A stretch of 64,000 bases of DNA, taken from the NCBI GenBank assembly GCA_038060895.1, contig JBBTCT010000009.1, positions 304,082 to 368,081 of the forward strand, read 5' to 3'. The notes beneath the pieces were generated by a model, which saw nothing but the letters and a program-made list of their open reading frames with translations, was not told where the DNA came from and ran no database searches. Shown piece by piece: positions 45,893 through 57,221 of this stretch; the stretch's first letter is position 1, and each line of letters opens with the position of its first letter. Origin of the DNA: Planctomycetota bacterium (GTDB taxonomy: Bacteria; Planctomycetota; MHYJ01; WSZJ01). The position numbers and the translations under genes were made by a program.

Positions 45893-46666
45893 CTATGCGC
45901 CGCCCCCGCCTTCGACCTCGGGTCTGTCCAGAATCGATGCGCTGATGTAATCCCGGTTCATCCGCGCGATGAATTCCACGCCGATCGACTTCGGACAGGC
46001 CGCTTCGCATTCCCGCGTGTTCGTGCAGTTCCCGAATCCTTCCTTGTCCATCTGGCGCACCATTTTCTGGGCGCGGGAGGCGCGCTCCGGCTGACCCTGC
46101 GGCAGGAGTCCGAGGTGGGAAACCTTCGCGGCCGTGAAGAGCATGGCGCTTGCGTTCGGGCACGCCGCGACGCAGGCCCCGCAGCCGATGCAGGCTGCCG
46201 CGTCCATCGCCAGGTCCGCGGACTTCTTTGAAATGGGCGATGAGTTCGCTTCAGGCGCATTTCCCGTGTTCACACTGATGAATCCGCCGGCCGCGATCAC
46301 GCGGTCGAATGCCGCGCGATCGACGGCAAGGTCCCGGACGACCGGAAACGCGCCGGCCCGGAAGGGTTCGAGAACGATCTCGTCGCCGTCCTTGAACGAG
46401 CGCATATGAAGCTGGCAGGTCGTGGTCGCGGGTTTCGGGCCGTGAGGAATTCCGTCGATGACGATTCCGCACATCCCGCAGATTCCTTCGCGGCAGTCAT
46501 GATCGAACGCCACCGGGTCCTCGCCTTTTTCGATCAGGCGCTCGTTCAGGACGTCCAGCATCTCAAGGAACGACATCTCCGGGCTCGCGTCCGGGACGTC
46601 GTAGGTCACCATTTTCCCCGCCTCTCGCGGTCCTCTCTGGCGCCAGATGTGCAGCTTCAGCTTCAT
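45893..46666 (-). CDS. sdhB: Succinate dehydrogenase/fumarate reductase iron-sulfur subunit
   Basis: [38 protein letters not shown]; start ATG 46666 overlaps sdhA stop. Confidence 0.95.
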   Translation of the reverse strand: MKLKLHIWRQRGPREAGKMVTYDVPDASPEMSFLEMLDVLNERLIEKGEDPVAFDHDCREGICGMCGIVIDGIPHGPKPATTTCQLHMRSFKDGDEIVLEPFRAGAFPVVRDLAVDRAAFDRVIAAGGFISVNTGNAPEANSSPISKKSADLAMDAAACIGCGACVAACPNASAMLFTAAKVSHLGLLPQGQPERASRAQKMVRQMDKEGFGNCTNTRECEAACPKSIGVEFIARMNRDYISASILDRPEVEGGGGA

Positions 46667-48579
46667 TATTTGTAGCTCCGCTGCGTGGGATGGACGATCT
46701 CGAACGTCAGGGGCTCCTTGTGTAATTCCGCTTTCTGCCCGGCGCCTTTCCACTCCCACGCGCCGACATACGCGAATTTGTCGTCGTCGCGCCTTGCTTC
46801 GCCTTCCGGAGTCTGGAATTCTTCCCGGAAGTGCCCGCCGCAGGATTCGTTTCGATGCAGGGCGTCGGTGCAAGTGAGCTCGCCGAATTCGAGGAAATCG
46901 GCGACGCGGCCGGCCTTTTCGAGCTGCTGGTTGAATTCATCCCCCGCTCCCGTGACCGCCAGGTTCTTCCAGAACTCTTCCCGCAATTCGGGGATCCGTT
47001 GAAGGGCCTTCTGCAGCCCGGCGGCATTTCGACCCATGCCGCAGTGATCCCACATGATCTTGCCCAGTTCCCGGTGGAAGGAGTCGGGGGAGCGCTTTCC
47101 CCGGATGGCGAGCAACCTGGCAACCCGGCCTGCGACTTCTTCCAGAACCGACTTGCAGGCAGCGTTGTCGGGCTCGATCTTTTCCAGTTTCGAGCTGGCC
47201 AGGTAGTGGCCGATGGTGTAGGGGAGGATGAAGTACCCGTCCGCGAGCCCCTGCATGAGCGCGGAAGCGCCGAGCCGGTTTGCGCCGTGGTCGCTGAAGT
47301 TCGCTTCGCCGAGTACGAACAACCCCGGCACGTTGGACATCAGGTTGTAGTCAACCCACAACCCGCCCATCGTGTAGTGAATGGCAGGGTAAATGCGCAT
47401 CGGGAGCTTGTAGGGGTTTTCGTCCGTGATGCGCTCGTACATCTCGAACAGATTTCCGTACTTGTCGGAAATGGTCTTCTCGCCCAGGCGCTTGATTGCG
47501 TCGCCGAAGTCGAGGTAAACGCCCAGCCCTCCAGGCCCGACCCCGCGTCCTTCGTCGCACGCGGCCTTTGCAGCGCGCGACGCCACGTCGCGAGGCACGA
47601 GATTTCCGAAAGACGGGTACCGGCGCTCCAGGTAGTAGTCGCGCTCGCCCTCCGGGATCTGCTGGGGAGACCGCTTGTCCCCCTTCTGCACCGGCACCCA
47701 GATGCGCCCGTCGTTGCGCAGCGATTCGCTCATCAGCGTCAGTTTCGACTGGTATTCGCCGCTGACCGGGATGCAGGTCGGATGGATCTGCGTGTAGCAC
47801 GGGTTCGCCATCAGCGCGCCGCGCCGGTGCGCCCGCCAGATCGCGGAAACGTTGCAATGCTTCGCGTTGGTCGAGAGGAAAAAGAGATTTCCGTAACCGC
47901 CTGTCGCGAGGCAGACCGCGTCTCCGGTGTGGACGTCGACCTTGCCCGTGACAAGGTGACGCGTCACGATTCCGCGCGCCGCGCCGTTGACGAGGATCAG
48001 GTCGAGCATCTCCGTGCGCGGAAACATCTCCACGTTCCCGAGCCCGATCTGCCGCTCCAGGGCCTGGTACGCGCCGAGCAGGAGCTGCTGACCCGTCTGT
48101 CCCCTCGCGTAGAAAGTCCGGCTGACCTGGGTCCCGCCGAAAGACCGGTTCGCCAGCAGCCCGCCGTACTCGCGCGCAAACGGCACCCCTTGGGCGACGC
48201 ACTGGTCGATGATGCCGACCGAAATCTCCGCGAGCCGGTGCACGTTTGCTTCGCGCGCCCGGTAGTCCCCGCCCTTCACCGTGTCGTAAAACAGCCGGTG
48301 CACCGAGTCGCCGTCGTTGCAGTAATTCTTCGCCGCGTTGATGCCGCCCTGCGCGGCGATCGAGTGCGCCCGCCGCGGGCTGTCCTGGAAACAGTACGCC
48401 TTCACCTTGTACCCCAGTTCGGCCATCGAAGCGGCCGCCGAAGCCCCCGCGAGCCCCGTTCCCACGACCAGCACGGTGTACTTGCGTTTGTTCGCCGGGT
48501 TCACCAGCTTCATGTCGAAGCGGTGCTTTTCCCACTTCTGCGCCATCGGCCCGGACGGGATGTTGGATTTGAGTTCCAT
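46666..48579 (-). CDS. sdhA: Succinate dehydrogenase/fumarate reductase flavoprotein subunit
   Basis: [44 protein letters not shown]; start ATG 48579. Confidence 0.96.
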   Translation of the reverse strand: MELKSNIPSGPMAQKWEKHRFDMKLVNPANKRKYTVLVVGTGLAGASAAASMAELGYKVKAYCFQDSPRRAHSIAAQGGINAAKNYCNDGDSVHRLFYDTVKGGDYRAREANVHRLAEISVGIIDQCVAQGVPFAREYGGLLANRSFGGTQVSRTFYARGQTGQQLLLGAYQALERQIGLGNVEMFPRTEMLDLILVNGAARGIVTRHLVTGKVDVHTGDAVCLATGGYGNLFFLSTNAKHCNVSAIWRAHRRGALMANPCYTQIHPTCIPVSGEYQSKLTLMSESLRNDGRIWVPVQKGDKRSPQQIPEGERDYYLERRYPSFGNLVPRDVASRAAKAACDEGRGVGPGGLGVYLDFGDAIKRLGEKTISDKYGNLFEMYERITDENPYKLPMRIYPAIHYTMGGLWVDYNLMSNVPGLFVLGEANFSDHGANRLGASALMQGLADGYFILPYTIGHYLASSKLEKIEPDNAACKSVLEEVAGRVARLLAIRGKRSPDSFHRELGKIMWDHCGMGRNAAGLQKALQRIPELREEFWKNLAVTGAGDEFNQQLEKAGRVADFLEFGELTCTDALHRNESCGGHFREEFQTPEGEARRDDDKFAYVGAWEWKGAGQKAELHKEPLTFEIVHPTQRSYK

Positions 48580-49253
48580 TACTTGAGGATCCCCAACATG
48601 ACGGAGACCGGGATCGAGATGTAGCCGACGGCGATGGCGGAAGCGATGGCGATGGAGGCAAAGCGCAGCGTGGGCGTGTACTTCGGGTGGTTGACCCCGA
48701 ACGTCTGGCACATCGACCAGAGCCCGTGGGACAGGTGCTGCGCAAGCATCAGCATCGCGACGATGTAGACGAGCGAGACGGCCTTGTTCTGGAACGCCGT
48801 GACGACGTTGGCGTAAACGTCGTCGGGGTTGAAGTTCGAGTGAGCGTGACCCGTCGTGAAATGCAGCAGGTGATAGACGGCATAAATCAGGATGAGCGGC
48901 CCGCTCACCATCATGGTGCGCGCTGCGTAATCCGCTTCGCGCCAGCGACGCACCTGGTATTTCACGGGGCGAGCGGCCTTGTTCTCCAGGGCCAGCCGGA
49001 TCGCCGTTGCCACATGCAGGAGCACGATCACCAGGAGGCCGAGCCTCGCCCCCCACAGGACCAGGGGCTTGCTCTTGATCATGTGCCCGTACTCGGTCAG
49101 GGCGTGCTTGTCGGGGAGGAAAACCTGCAGGTTTCCAAGGAGGTGCACAACCACGAAGCCGAAGAGCATGAGCCCCGTGGTCGCCATGACGCCCTTCTTG
49201 CCAATCGAGGAGCGCAGGAAGTCTCTCACCCAGCAGCCCGTCGATCCGCCCAT
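48579..49253 (-). CDS. sdhC: Succinate dehydrogenase cytochrome b subunit (single-anchor type)
   Basis: [34 protein letters not shown]; five TM segments. Confidence 0.92.
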   Translation of the reverse strand: MGGSTGCWVRDFLRSSIGKKGVMATTGLMLFGFVVVHLLGNLQVFLPDKHALTEYGHMIKSKPLVLWGARLGLLVIVLLHVATAIRLALENKAARPVKYQVRRWREADYAARTMMVSGPLILIYAVYHLLHFTTGHAHSNFNPDDVYANVVTAFQNKAVSLVYIVAMLMLAQHLSHGLWSMCQTFGVNHPKYTPTLRFASIAIASAIAVGYISIPVSVMLGILK

Positions 49254-49467
49254 GGCGCGACTCCAAGGTGTCCCGCGCCGACCGCGGGAGAAAAACGAGT
49301 TTCAGCGGCGGTCCGGCATTTGTCAAATTCCATGGGACGCCGGAAGTTTCGCAGAGCGTCATTTTCCTCTATTCCCGCGAATCGCCGGGATGCGGGAGAA
49401 CGCGCTTTCTCCCTCGATTGGGTGTCACGCTGTAGCATCCGCGGTTCACCTCGTGACTGGAGCCGCC

Positions 49468-50085
49468 ATGCGCCTCTTCTGCGCTGTCGATACCGATCCG
49501 GCGCTCCACGCTTTGCTTGCCCAGGCCATCGAGACCCTTCGCCGCAGCGACCCGGATGCGAAGTGGACGACCTCCCCGCAATGGCATGTGACACTCAAGT
49601 TCCTGGGCGAAGTCGGCACCCTGGCCTTGCCGGAAATCCTCGACCTCCTCTCGCGCGAGGCTGCAGCCGCTGCTCCTGCGCCCCTCCGCCTGAACGGGGT
49701 CGGCGTCTTTGGGGGCCTGAAACCTCGAATCGTTCTCGCGAAAGTCGAAGATCCGGCCGGCATCCTGGCGCAGCTCGCCGGCGTTCTGGATCGCGGGCTC
49801 AGACCCCTCGGTTTCCACCCGGACAACCACCTTTTCAGTGCGCACGTGACCCTGGCGCGCACCCGGTCCGACCGGAATGCTCGGGCGCTTCTCGAGGAGA
49901 TTCGCGGCGCGCAGGGCATTCTCCGTGGAGATTGGACTGCCCGGGAAGTCGTCCTGTACCAGTCGATCCTGAAGCCAGGCGGCGCCGAGTATTCGGCCAT
50001 TCTCCGGGCGCCCCTGGGCCCTGGAAAACTTCCGGACAACCGGAACCCGCGGCGGGCCGCCGTAAGAGGCGACCTGCGCCGCTGA
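49468..50085 (+). CDS. thpR: RNA 2',3'-cyclic phosphodiesterase (2H phosphoesterase)
   Basis: [36 protein letters not shown]; immediately upstream of recA. Confidence 0.92.
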   Translation: MRLFCAVDTDPALHALLAQAIETLRRSDPDAKWTTSPQWHVTLKFLGEVGTLALPEILDLLSREAAAAAPAPLRLNGVGVFGGLKPRIVLAKVEDPAGILAQLAGVLDRGLRPLGFHPDNHLFSAHVTLARTRSDRNARALLEEIRGAQGILRGDWTAREVVLYQSILKPGGAEYSAILRAPLGPGKLPDNRNPRRAAVRGDLRR

Positions 50086-50183
50086 GCCGACGGAATATTC
50101 GCTCGCCCTCGCCGCATGTTTTCTCGCGGCCTGAAAGCGCGGAGTCCGGTAGTCTGTCGCAATCCTCTTCACGGAAACCTCTC

Positions 50184-51215
50184 ATGTCCGAGACTGCCAA
50201 GCCCGACGCGAAGCGCACAGCCCTTCAGGCGGCGATATCCCAGATTGAGAAACAGTTCGGCCGCGGGGCGATCATGCGGCTTGGCGCGGAGCCGAAGCTG
50301 GTCGTGAACGGAATTTCGACGGGATCGCTGACGCTGGATCTCGCCCTGGGAGGCGGGGGGATACCCCGTGCGCGTGTGAGCGAGATCTTCGGTCCGGAGG
50401 CGAGCGGCAAGACGACCGTCTGCCTTCACCTCGCCGCGAACGCGCAGAAACATGGCGGGACCGCGGCGTTCATCGACGCGGAACACGCGCTCGACCCGGT
50501 GTATGCGAAGAAAATCGGGGTCGACGTCGGGTCGCTCCTTCTCTCGCAGCCCGACAACGGCGAGCAGGCCCTCGAGATCGCCGACCTGCTCGTGCGCTCC
50601 AACTCCGTGGATCTCATCGTCATCGATTCGGTCGCCGCGCTTGCTCCTCGCGTCGAGCTGGAAGGAGAGATGGGCGACCAGCACGTCGGCCTTCAGGCCA
50701 GGCTGATGAGCCAGGCGCTCCGGAAACTCACCGGCTCCCTCGGGAAGTCGAACACCGCCATCGTTTTTACCAACCAGATCCGGGAAAAAATCGGCGTCAT
50801 GTACGGGAATCCCGAGACGACCCCTGGCGGAAGAGCCCTCAAGTTCTACGCATCCGTTCGCATCGAGACCCGGCGCATTACCTCCATCAAGGACGGGGAG
50901 AACGTGATCGGAAACCGCAGCAAGGCGACGATCGTCAAAAACAAGCTGGCTCCGCCGTTCCGGAAAGCGGAGTTCGATATCATTTTCGGGAAGGGAATAT
51001 CGCGGGAAGGCGATGTGCTCGAACTCGGCGAGATGCACAAAGTCCTCACGAAGAGCGGGACCTGGTTCAACTTCGGAGAGACGCGGCTGGGGCAGGGAAG
51101 AGACAAGGCGAGGGAATTTCTCGAGCAGAACGCGGACGTGATGAAGCAGATCGAAGAAGCGATCAAGAAGGCGGTTCTGGCGCCGGCGCCGGCGACCGCA
51201 AAGGACGAGGGGTAA
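50184..51215 (+). CDS. recA: Recombinase RecA
   Basis: [54 protein letters not shown]. Confidence 0.98.
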   Translation: MSETAKPDAKRTALQAAISQIEKQFGRGAIMRLGAEPKLVVNGISTGSLTLDLALGGGGIPRARVSEIFGPEASGKTTVCLHLAANAQKHGGTAAFIDAEHALDPVYAKKIGVDVGSLLLSQPDNGEQALEIADLLVRSNSVDLIVIDSVAALAPRVELEGEMGDQHVGLQARLMSQALRKLTGSLGKSNTAIVFTNQIREKIGVMYGNPETTPGGRALKFYASVRIETRRITSIKDGENVIGNRSKATIVKNKLAPPFRKAEFDIIFGKGISREGDVLELGEMHKVLTKSGTWFNFGETRLGQGRDKAREFLEQNADVMKQIEEAIKKAVLAPAPATAKDEG

Positions 51216-51375
51216 GGGCTGGCGCCGGATTGGAAGGCGACGCTTCAAAGCCGGCAGCCGTGCTGTTTCCCGCCTGCCCGCCGACCTGAATTTCGAACCT
51301 GATCGCCGCCCGGTTGTTATTCTCTTCGCCCCGAAGGTGACGCCGTACTCCCCCTTCTATAATCGAGCTGCTGAA

Positions 51376-54009
51376 ATGAAGGCCTCCGAAGTCCGGTCGC
51401 GGTACCTGAAATTCTTCGAGAAGAAGGGCCACACCGTCGAGAAGTCCGACTCGCTGGTGCCGGAGAACGACCCTACGGTGCTCTTCACGGGCGCCGGGAT
51501 GAACCAGTTCAAGGACATGTTTCTGGGCAAGGGGAACAAGCCGTACAAACGGGCGACGACGTCTCAGAAGTGCCTCCGGACGGGCGACCTCGAGAACGTG
51601 GGCAAAACCCCGAGCCACCAGACGTTTTTCGAGATGCTCGGCAACTTTTCCTTTGGCGACTACTTCAAGGCGGATGCGATTCCGTGGGCGTGGGAATTCG
51701 TGACGAAGGAGCTGGGCATCGACCCGGCTCGCCTGACGGTGACCGTGTACGAGGACGACCAGGAGGCGTACGACCTGTGGGCGAGAATCATCCCGAAGGC
51801 GAAGCTGTTCCGGGGTGATGCGAAGGACAACTTCTGGCCTGCGAACGCGCCGAAAGACGGCCCGAACGGGCCTTGTGGACCGTGCAGCGAGATTTATTAC
51901 GACCGGGGAGCGAAGTACGGGTGCTCGCCCGACGATTGCGGGCCGCTCTGCACGAAGTGCAAGCGTCACATTGAGATCTGGAATCTCGTTTTCACGCAGT
52001 TTGACCGGCAGGACGGGGGAGTCCTTGCCCCGCTTCGAAATAAAAACATCGACACGGGCATGGGCCTCGAACGGACCGTCGCGACACTTCAGGGAGTCCC
52101 GACGAATTTCGACACCGACCTGTTCGCGCCGATCCTCCGGCGGATCGAGGAAATCACCGGAAAGGTTTATTCCCAGGAGGGCGACGACACCTCCCGCTTC
52201 CGCAGAATCGCGGACCATGCGAGGGCGATGACGTTTGTGATCTGTGACGGCATCGCGCCGGGAAACGAAGGCCGGGAGTACGTCCTGCGCCGCATTATCC
52301 GCCGCGCTTCCGACGACGGCCAGCGCATGGGGATGCGCGAAGCGTGGCTCTTCCGCCTCGTCCCTGCAGTCGGCGAGTCGATGGGGGAGGCGTACCCGGA
52401 AATCGTCGCGCGGCGCGAGAACATCGCGAGGATCGTGAAGGCGGAGGAAGAGCAGTACGCGGCCACACTGGAGGCGGCGACGGGGATCATCGACCGCGAG
52501 ATCTCCAGTCTCCGGGAGTCGAAATCGCTGAAATTCTCCGGCGAAGTCGCCTTCGACCTGCACCAGACGCACGGCCTCCCGATCGACCAACTCACCGAAA
52601 TCCTCAAGGAAAAGAAGATCGCGGTGGACCGCAAGCGGTACGACGCGCTGATGGAGGAGCACCGCAAGAAGAGCCACGCGACGGCCGGCGGGGACGTCTT
52701 CGCGGTCGGGCCGCTTGGAAAGATCAAGCCGACAGTCGCGCCGACGAAATTCGGGGGATACGACCTCCTCCAGGCGACTGCGGTGGTCAAGGCGATCATC
52801 GTCGGCAACGAGGTCGTCGACGGCGCCGGCCCGGAGACCGTTGTTCGCGTCGTCCTGGACCAGTCGCCCTTCTACGCGGAGAGCGGCGGGCAGGTTGGCG
52901 ACATGGGACTGCTGAAGGGCGACGGGGTCGAGGTGCGGATCGACGAGACGAGAAAGATGGAGGGCTACTGGCTGCACGGCGGCAAAGTCCTGCGGGGGAC
53001 GCTGCGCCCCGGATTGCAGGTCGAGGCCCAGGTGGACATGGACCGCAGGTGGGCGATTCAGCGCAACCACACCGGCACCCACATTCTCCATAACGCGCTC
53101 CGAACGATCCTCGGCAGGCACGTCGAGCAGGCGGGCTCGCTCGTGGCGCACGACCGGCTGCGATTCGACTTCAGCCATTTTCAGGCGCTCACCCGCGACG
53201 AGATTCGCCGGATCGAGAACTACGTGAACGAACGGATCATGGAAAACGCGCCGGTGACCTGGCGCGAGATGCCGATGGCGGAAGCGCGGAAGCTGGGCGC
53301 GCTCATGTTTTTCGCTGACAAATACGGCGACGTCGTTCGGGTCGTGTCGGTCGGCGACTGGTCGCGGGAACTCTGCGGCGGGACGCACGTCCCGGCGGCG
53401 GGAACGATCGGGTATTTCCACGTGGTGAGCGAGGGCTCGGTAGCGGGCGGCACGCGCCGGATTGAAGCGGTGACCGGGATGGGCGCGGTGGCGCACGCGC
53501 TTCAGGTCGAGGATCGCGTCAACGCCGCTGCGGCGATGCTCAATACTCCGGCGGCGAAGCTGCCGAACCGGATCCAGGAGGTTCTCGACGAACTGCAGCA
53601 GCTCAGGCGGGAGCAGGAAAAGTCCCGTCGTGCGGCGGCGGCGGACGAAGCGGGCGGGCTTCAGTCGAAGGGATTTGCCGTGGGGACGGAGAAGGCCGTG
53701 GTCGAGCTCCTCCAGGACAAGTCCGCAGACGATTTGCGGTCGATGATCGACAAGCTCGTCAAGGAGGAGAAGATCGCCGTCGCGGCGCTGGGAAGCGTCT
53801 TCGACGGCAAGCCGGTGCTCGTCATCGGCGTCCGGCAGGACTTGACGTCGAAACTCGACGCGGGCGCCATTGCGAAGGAAGCCGGTAAGGCGATGGGGGC
53901 CGGCGGCGGCGGGAAAAAGGATCTGGCGACCTGCGGCGGGAAGGACCCGGCGAAGGTGCCGGCGGGCCTGGAGGCTGCGAAAGCCGCGATCCGGAAGTCC
54001 ATGGCGTAG
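51376..54009 (+). CDS. alaS: Alanine--tRNA ligase
   Basis: FTGAGMNQFK, TFFEMLGNFSFGDYFK, IDTGMGLER, NHTGTHILH, ELCGGTH, GGGGK; start ATG 51376. Confidence 0.98.
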   Translation: MKASEVRSRYLKFFEKKGHTVEKSDSLVPENDPTVLFTGAGMNQFKDMFLGKGNKPYKRATTSQKCLRTGDLENVGKTPSHQTFFEMLGNFSFGDYFKADAIPWAWEFVTKELGIDPARLTVTVYEDDQEAYDLWARIIPKAKLFRGDAKDNFWPANAPKDGPNGPCGPCSEIYYDRGAKYGCSPDDCGPLCTKCKRHIEIWNLVFTQFDRQDGGVLAPLRNKNIDTGMGLERTVATLQGVPTNFDTDLFAPILRRIEEITGKVYSQEGDDTSRFRRIADHARAMTFVICDGIAPGNEGREYVLRRIIRRASDDGQRMGMREAWLFRLVPAVGESMGEAYPEIVARRENIARIVKAEEEQYAATLEAATGIIDREISSLRESKSLKFSGEVAFDLHQTHGLPIDQLTEILKEKKIAVDRKRYDALMEEHRKKSHATAGGDVFAVGPLGKIKPTVAPTKFGGYDLLQATAVVKAIIVGNEVVDGAGPETVVRVVLDQSPFYAESGGQVGDMGLLKGDGVEVRIDETRKMEGYWLHGGKVLRGTLRPGLQVEAQVDMDRRWAIQRNHTGTHILHNALRTILGRHVEQAGSLVAHDRLRFDFSHFQALTRDEIRRIENYVNERIMENAPVTWREMPMAEARKLGALMFFADKYGDVVRVVSVGDWSRELCGGTHVPAAGTIGYFHVVSEGSVAGGTRRIEAVTGMGAVAHALQVEDRVNAAAAMLNTPAAKLPNRIQEVLDELQQLRREQEKSRRAAAADEAGGLQSKGFAVGTEKAVVELLQDKSADDLRSMIDKLVKEEKIAVAALGSVFDGKPVLVIGVRQDLTSKLDAGAIAKEAGKAMGAGGGGKKDLATCGGKDPAKVPAGLEAAKAAIRKSMA

Positions 54010-54076
54010 AACCGCGTTCGTCCGGACCTTGGACGCAGCCGGATCCGGCGATAGGATAGCCGGCTGATCCGCATCT

Positions 54077-57000
54077 ATGAACCGCGCCACCCTCGACTCC
54101 TTCGAAGCACTCTTCCTCTCCGTCGGCCAGCGCCTCGGGCATTTCTCGGCGCGCGAGGCAGGCGATGCGAGCGAGGCCGCCGAACGCCTTTCCCGGTCCG
54201 GGCACCCCGTTCCGATCGAGGCCCTCGTCGCGTCTCTCGGGATGGCTGATGAGGCTGCGGTTGAAGCGATCGCGGCCGCGATCGGGGAGGCCGAATTCCA
54301 GTGCGCGTCGTGCGCTGCGACGCTTTCCGGCAAGGACCTTTCGAAAAAACGCGTGGTGAAGTGTCCGCGATGCGGCGAGGCCGGAGTGGAACGCGCCGGG
54401 CGCGGCGTCACGAAGGCGCCGTCGGTCCGGATCTCCGCACGGCCGGGACCGCAGGCCGCGGCTGCCGCCGCTTCGAAAGAAGCATTGCTGAACGGCAGGG
54501 CATTCGAGGATCTGAGGCGCATCAAGATCCCGGTTGAAGCGGAGGCGAAGGCCGAGGCGGGAGACCCGCTTCTTGGAAAGGTCTTCGGGCGCTACCGGGT
54601 CAAGGAACTCCTCGGGATCGGCGGCTGGGGCAACGTCTATCTCGCCGAGTCCGAGGGACGCGAGTTCGCGATCAAGGTCCTTCGCCTCGAGCTCGGGAAA
54701 TCCGCCGATCACCTCGATCGCTTCATGACCGAAGCCCGGATCACCGCCTCCCTCGAACACGCGGTGATCCGGCGCACCGTCGATATCGGCAAGCACCACG
54801 GGTACCACTACATGGCGATGGAGTACGTGGACGGCGCGAGCCTTCACGCGATCGTCACGGCCAACGGTCCGCTGCCCGCGGCGCTCGCGGCCCAGGTCGC
54901 CGTCCGCATCGCCGAGGCCCTGCAGTTCGCGGCGCGGCGAGGCGTCGTGCACCGCGACATCAAGCCGCGCAACGTGCTCATCTCGCGTTCCGGGGAAGTC
55001 AAGCTCACGGACTTCGGTCTCGCCAAGATGATGCTCGACGGGTCGAGCATGACCGGCACGGGCGCCGTGCTCGGCACACCGGAATTCATGAGTCCCGAGC
55101 AGTTCGACGGCGCCCGCGCCGACCAGCGATCCGACATCTACTCCCTCGGCTGCACCCTGTTCTTCACGCTCACGGGCCACGCGCCTTTCGAGGGGCCCGA
55201 CTTCTCCACGCTCATGCGGCGCCACAAGTCGGGCCTCCCGCCTTCGCCACTTCGATTCAATCCTGAAGTCCCGAGTTCGATTTGTTCCGTCCTGTCTCGC
55301 ATGCTCGAGAAGAGCCCGTCGCGCCGATTCCAGGACTACGACGGAATCCTGGAAGAACTGTCTGACCCGGGGGAAAAGGGATCGACTCCCGCAAAAATGG
55401 GCCGGAAGGAGGCGCAAGGACTGGAAGAAGCGTGGATGGACGAGGAGCGGGTGAAGCGGTGCGCGGAAGTGCAGGCGGTCTTCTCGGCGGAAGGAATGGC
55501 GCCGCCGCCGCGCTGGCACGTACTTCAGGGGCTGGGTTACGCCAGCGGGGACGAGAAGGAGAAGGACGACGGATTTTTCGCGCAGCCGATCGTGTTGAGG
55601 TGCGACGGGTGCGGACGCTCGTTCAAATTCAAGGCGCCGCTGAGGGGCGAGCTGGCGTGCCCCTCCTGCCGCGGGGTCGCGATGAGTCACGCCCACTTCG
55701 CCGTGGACCGGCACGCCTGTTTCCTCGTCCTCAGGATCGGGGACAAGGGGTCGGCTTCGGCGGCGGGAAGAGACGACCTGGTGCGCCTGGCGGGCATCGC
55801 TTGCCAGTCGGGGGCGCACAACGTCGTGCTCGACCTGAGCGCGTGCGCTGCGTTCCCTTCCGAATTGATCGGGCCGCTGCTGCGCCTGCGGGAGACGCTG
55901 ACTGCTGACCGCGTGGCGCCCGTGCTGCTGGCGTCGCCGAAGGGAGTCAAAGCGATCAAGGCTCGCGGGCTGCACGAGTTCTTCCTGTCGTTCTCCTCGG
56001 AAAAAGAGGTCGTCGAACACATCGACGCGGCTAGCCTGTGCCCCCATGTCCGGTTTTTCCTCTGCGCCGTGCGCGGGCAGCTCGCGGACCCGGAGGAGAA
56101 GATCACCGAGAATCTCGGTCGCAGCGTTCACTCCTGCATAGACCGCGCGGCCTTCGACGAGTTCTACCCCGTCGTTCGCGACGCTCTTCGCAAGAGCGAT
56201 GCCCGACAGGCCCGTGCCGCGTGCGCGACTCTCGGCCGCAGGCTGGCGAAAGTGCCGTGCCTGCAGGCCGCCGCGAAGAAGGTCCGCGACCTCGCAGAAG
56301 ACGCGATCCGGCTCTCGCTCGAGCATTCCGCCCAGGGACACCTCGCCCGCGGGCGCACAGACCGGGCCAGAGTGGCCGCAAAGGAAGCGCTTGCCGCATT
56401 CCCCGATTCCCCGGTCGCCGCCGACGTCCTCGCGCAGATCGCTCTTCAGGAGGGCCGGCCTTCCGAGGCTGCAGGGCACTTCGAGGCCGCCGCCCGCGGA
56501 GCACCGTCACCGGTCGAATACCGGCTCAGCGAAGCCGCCGCTCTGCAGCGCGCCGGAGACACGGCGGGCGCACTCAAGTGCCTCGACGACATTCTCGCGG
56601 ATGACCCTTCACATTTCCGCGCCGCACATTTCAAGGGGACCCTTCACTTTTCGCGGGGCGAGTACGAAGCGGCCCTGGAGTCGTTCGACCGGGCGCTGGA
56701 AATCCAGCCGCAGAGCGCCGACGTGCACCTGTGGCGGGGAAAGGCCAACCATCGCCTGGACAATCTGCAGGACAGCCTGCGGGATTTTGTGCGGGCCAAC
56801 AGGATCGAGCCGCGGCGCCCGCGAACGCTCGCGAATTGCGGCGCCATCTGTGCGCGGCTCGGCCGTCACAAAGAAGCGATTGCATTTCTGCGCAGCGCGA
56901 TTCACCTGAACCCTTCGCTTTCCGGTCCCCGGTACAGCCTCGCCTGCTCACTTTCCGCGACAGGCGATTTCGAGAACTCGCTCGCGGCGCTTCGGGAGGC

Positions 57001-57142
57001 GGTCGCTGCGGGGTGGAACAATCGCGAACTCGCTTCACGGGACCTCTTGCTCAAGCCATTGCGGGAGCATGCGACGCTCGGCGGCGAATTCCTGTCGGTG
57101 CTCGCGAACATGCCGTCGCAGGGCGAGACCGAAGATTACTGA
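54077..57142 (+). CDS. Hanks-type Ser/Thr protein kinase with Zn-ribbons, STAS-like domain and TPR repeats
   Basis: GIGGWGNVY, AIKV, HRDIKPRN, DFGLA, GTPEFMSPEQ; two CxxC..CxxC ribbons; VVLDLS..FPSELIG; TPRs. Confidence 0.88.
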   Translation: MNRATLDSFEALFLSVGQRLGHFSAREAGDASEAAERLSRSGHPVPIEALVASLGMADEAAVEAIAAAIGEAEFQCASCAATLSGKDLSKKRVVKCPRCGEAGVERAGRGVTKAPSVRISARPGPQAAAAAASKEALLNGRAFEDLRRIKIPVEAEAKAEAGDPLLGKVFGRYRVKELLGIGGWGNVYLAESEGREFAIKVLRLELGKSADHLDRFMTEARITASLEHAVIRRTVDIGKHHGYHYMAMEYVDGASLHAIVTANGPLPAALAAQVAVRIAEALQFAARRGVVHRDIKPRNVLISRSGEVKLTDFGLAKMMLDGSSMTGTGAVLGTPEFMSPEQFDGARADQRSDIYSLGCTLFFTLTGHAPFEGPDFSTLMRRHKSGLPPSPLRFNPEVPSSICSVLSRMLEKSPSRRFQDYDGILEELSDPGEKGSTPAKMGRKEAQGLEEAWMDEERVKRCAEVQAVFSAEGMAPPPRWHVLQGLGYASGDEKEKDDGFFAQPIVLRCDGCGRSFKFKAPLRGELACPSCRGVAMSHAHFAVDRHACFLVLRIGDKGSASAAGRDDLVRLAGIACQSGAHNVVLDLSACAAFPSELIGPLLRLRETLTADRVAPVLLASPKGVKAIKARGLHEFFLSFSSEKEVVEHIDAASLCPHVRFFLCAVRGQLADPEEKITENLGRSVHSCIDRAAFDEFYPVVRDALRKSDARQARAACATLGRRLAKVPCLQAAAKKVRDLAEDAIRLSLEHSAQGHLARGRTDRARVAAKEALAAFPDSPVAADVLAQIALQEGRPSEAAGHFEAAARGAPSPVEYRLSEAAALQRAGDTAGALKCLDDILADDPSHFRAAHFKGTLHFSRGEYEAALESFDRALEIQPQSADVHLWRGKANHRLDNLQDSLRDFVRANRIEPRRPRTLANCGAICARLGRHKEAIAFLRSAIHLNPSLSGPRYSLACSLSATGDFENSLAALREAVAAGWNNRELASRDLLLKPLREHATLGGEFLSVLANMPSQGETEDY

Positions 57143-57221
57143 CGATCGGCTCAAGCCGGATCGGGAAACGGCCGAAATGGACTGTCGAAGGCCGTGAGTT
57201 TCCTCCGTGAAGGCCGCCCGC

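Noticed and set aside
51243-51249. CTTCAAA resembling the tRNA-Sec anticodon loop between recA and alaS
   Set aside because: Flanks do not form an anticodon stem; no acceptor or T stem can be built
51880-51965. Cys-rich insertion in AlaS (CSPDDCGPLCTKC)
   Set aside because: Similar Cys-rich loops are common in bacterial AlaRS; not an intein
51163-56479. 1120-aa and 885-aa minus-strand ORFs opposite alaS and the kinase
   Set aside because: Shadow ORFs expected from high GC3 codon bias; the plus-strand genes have clear family motifs
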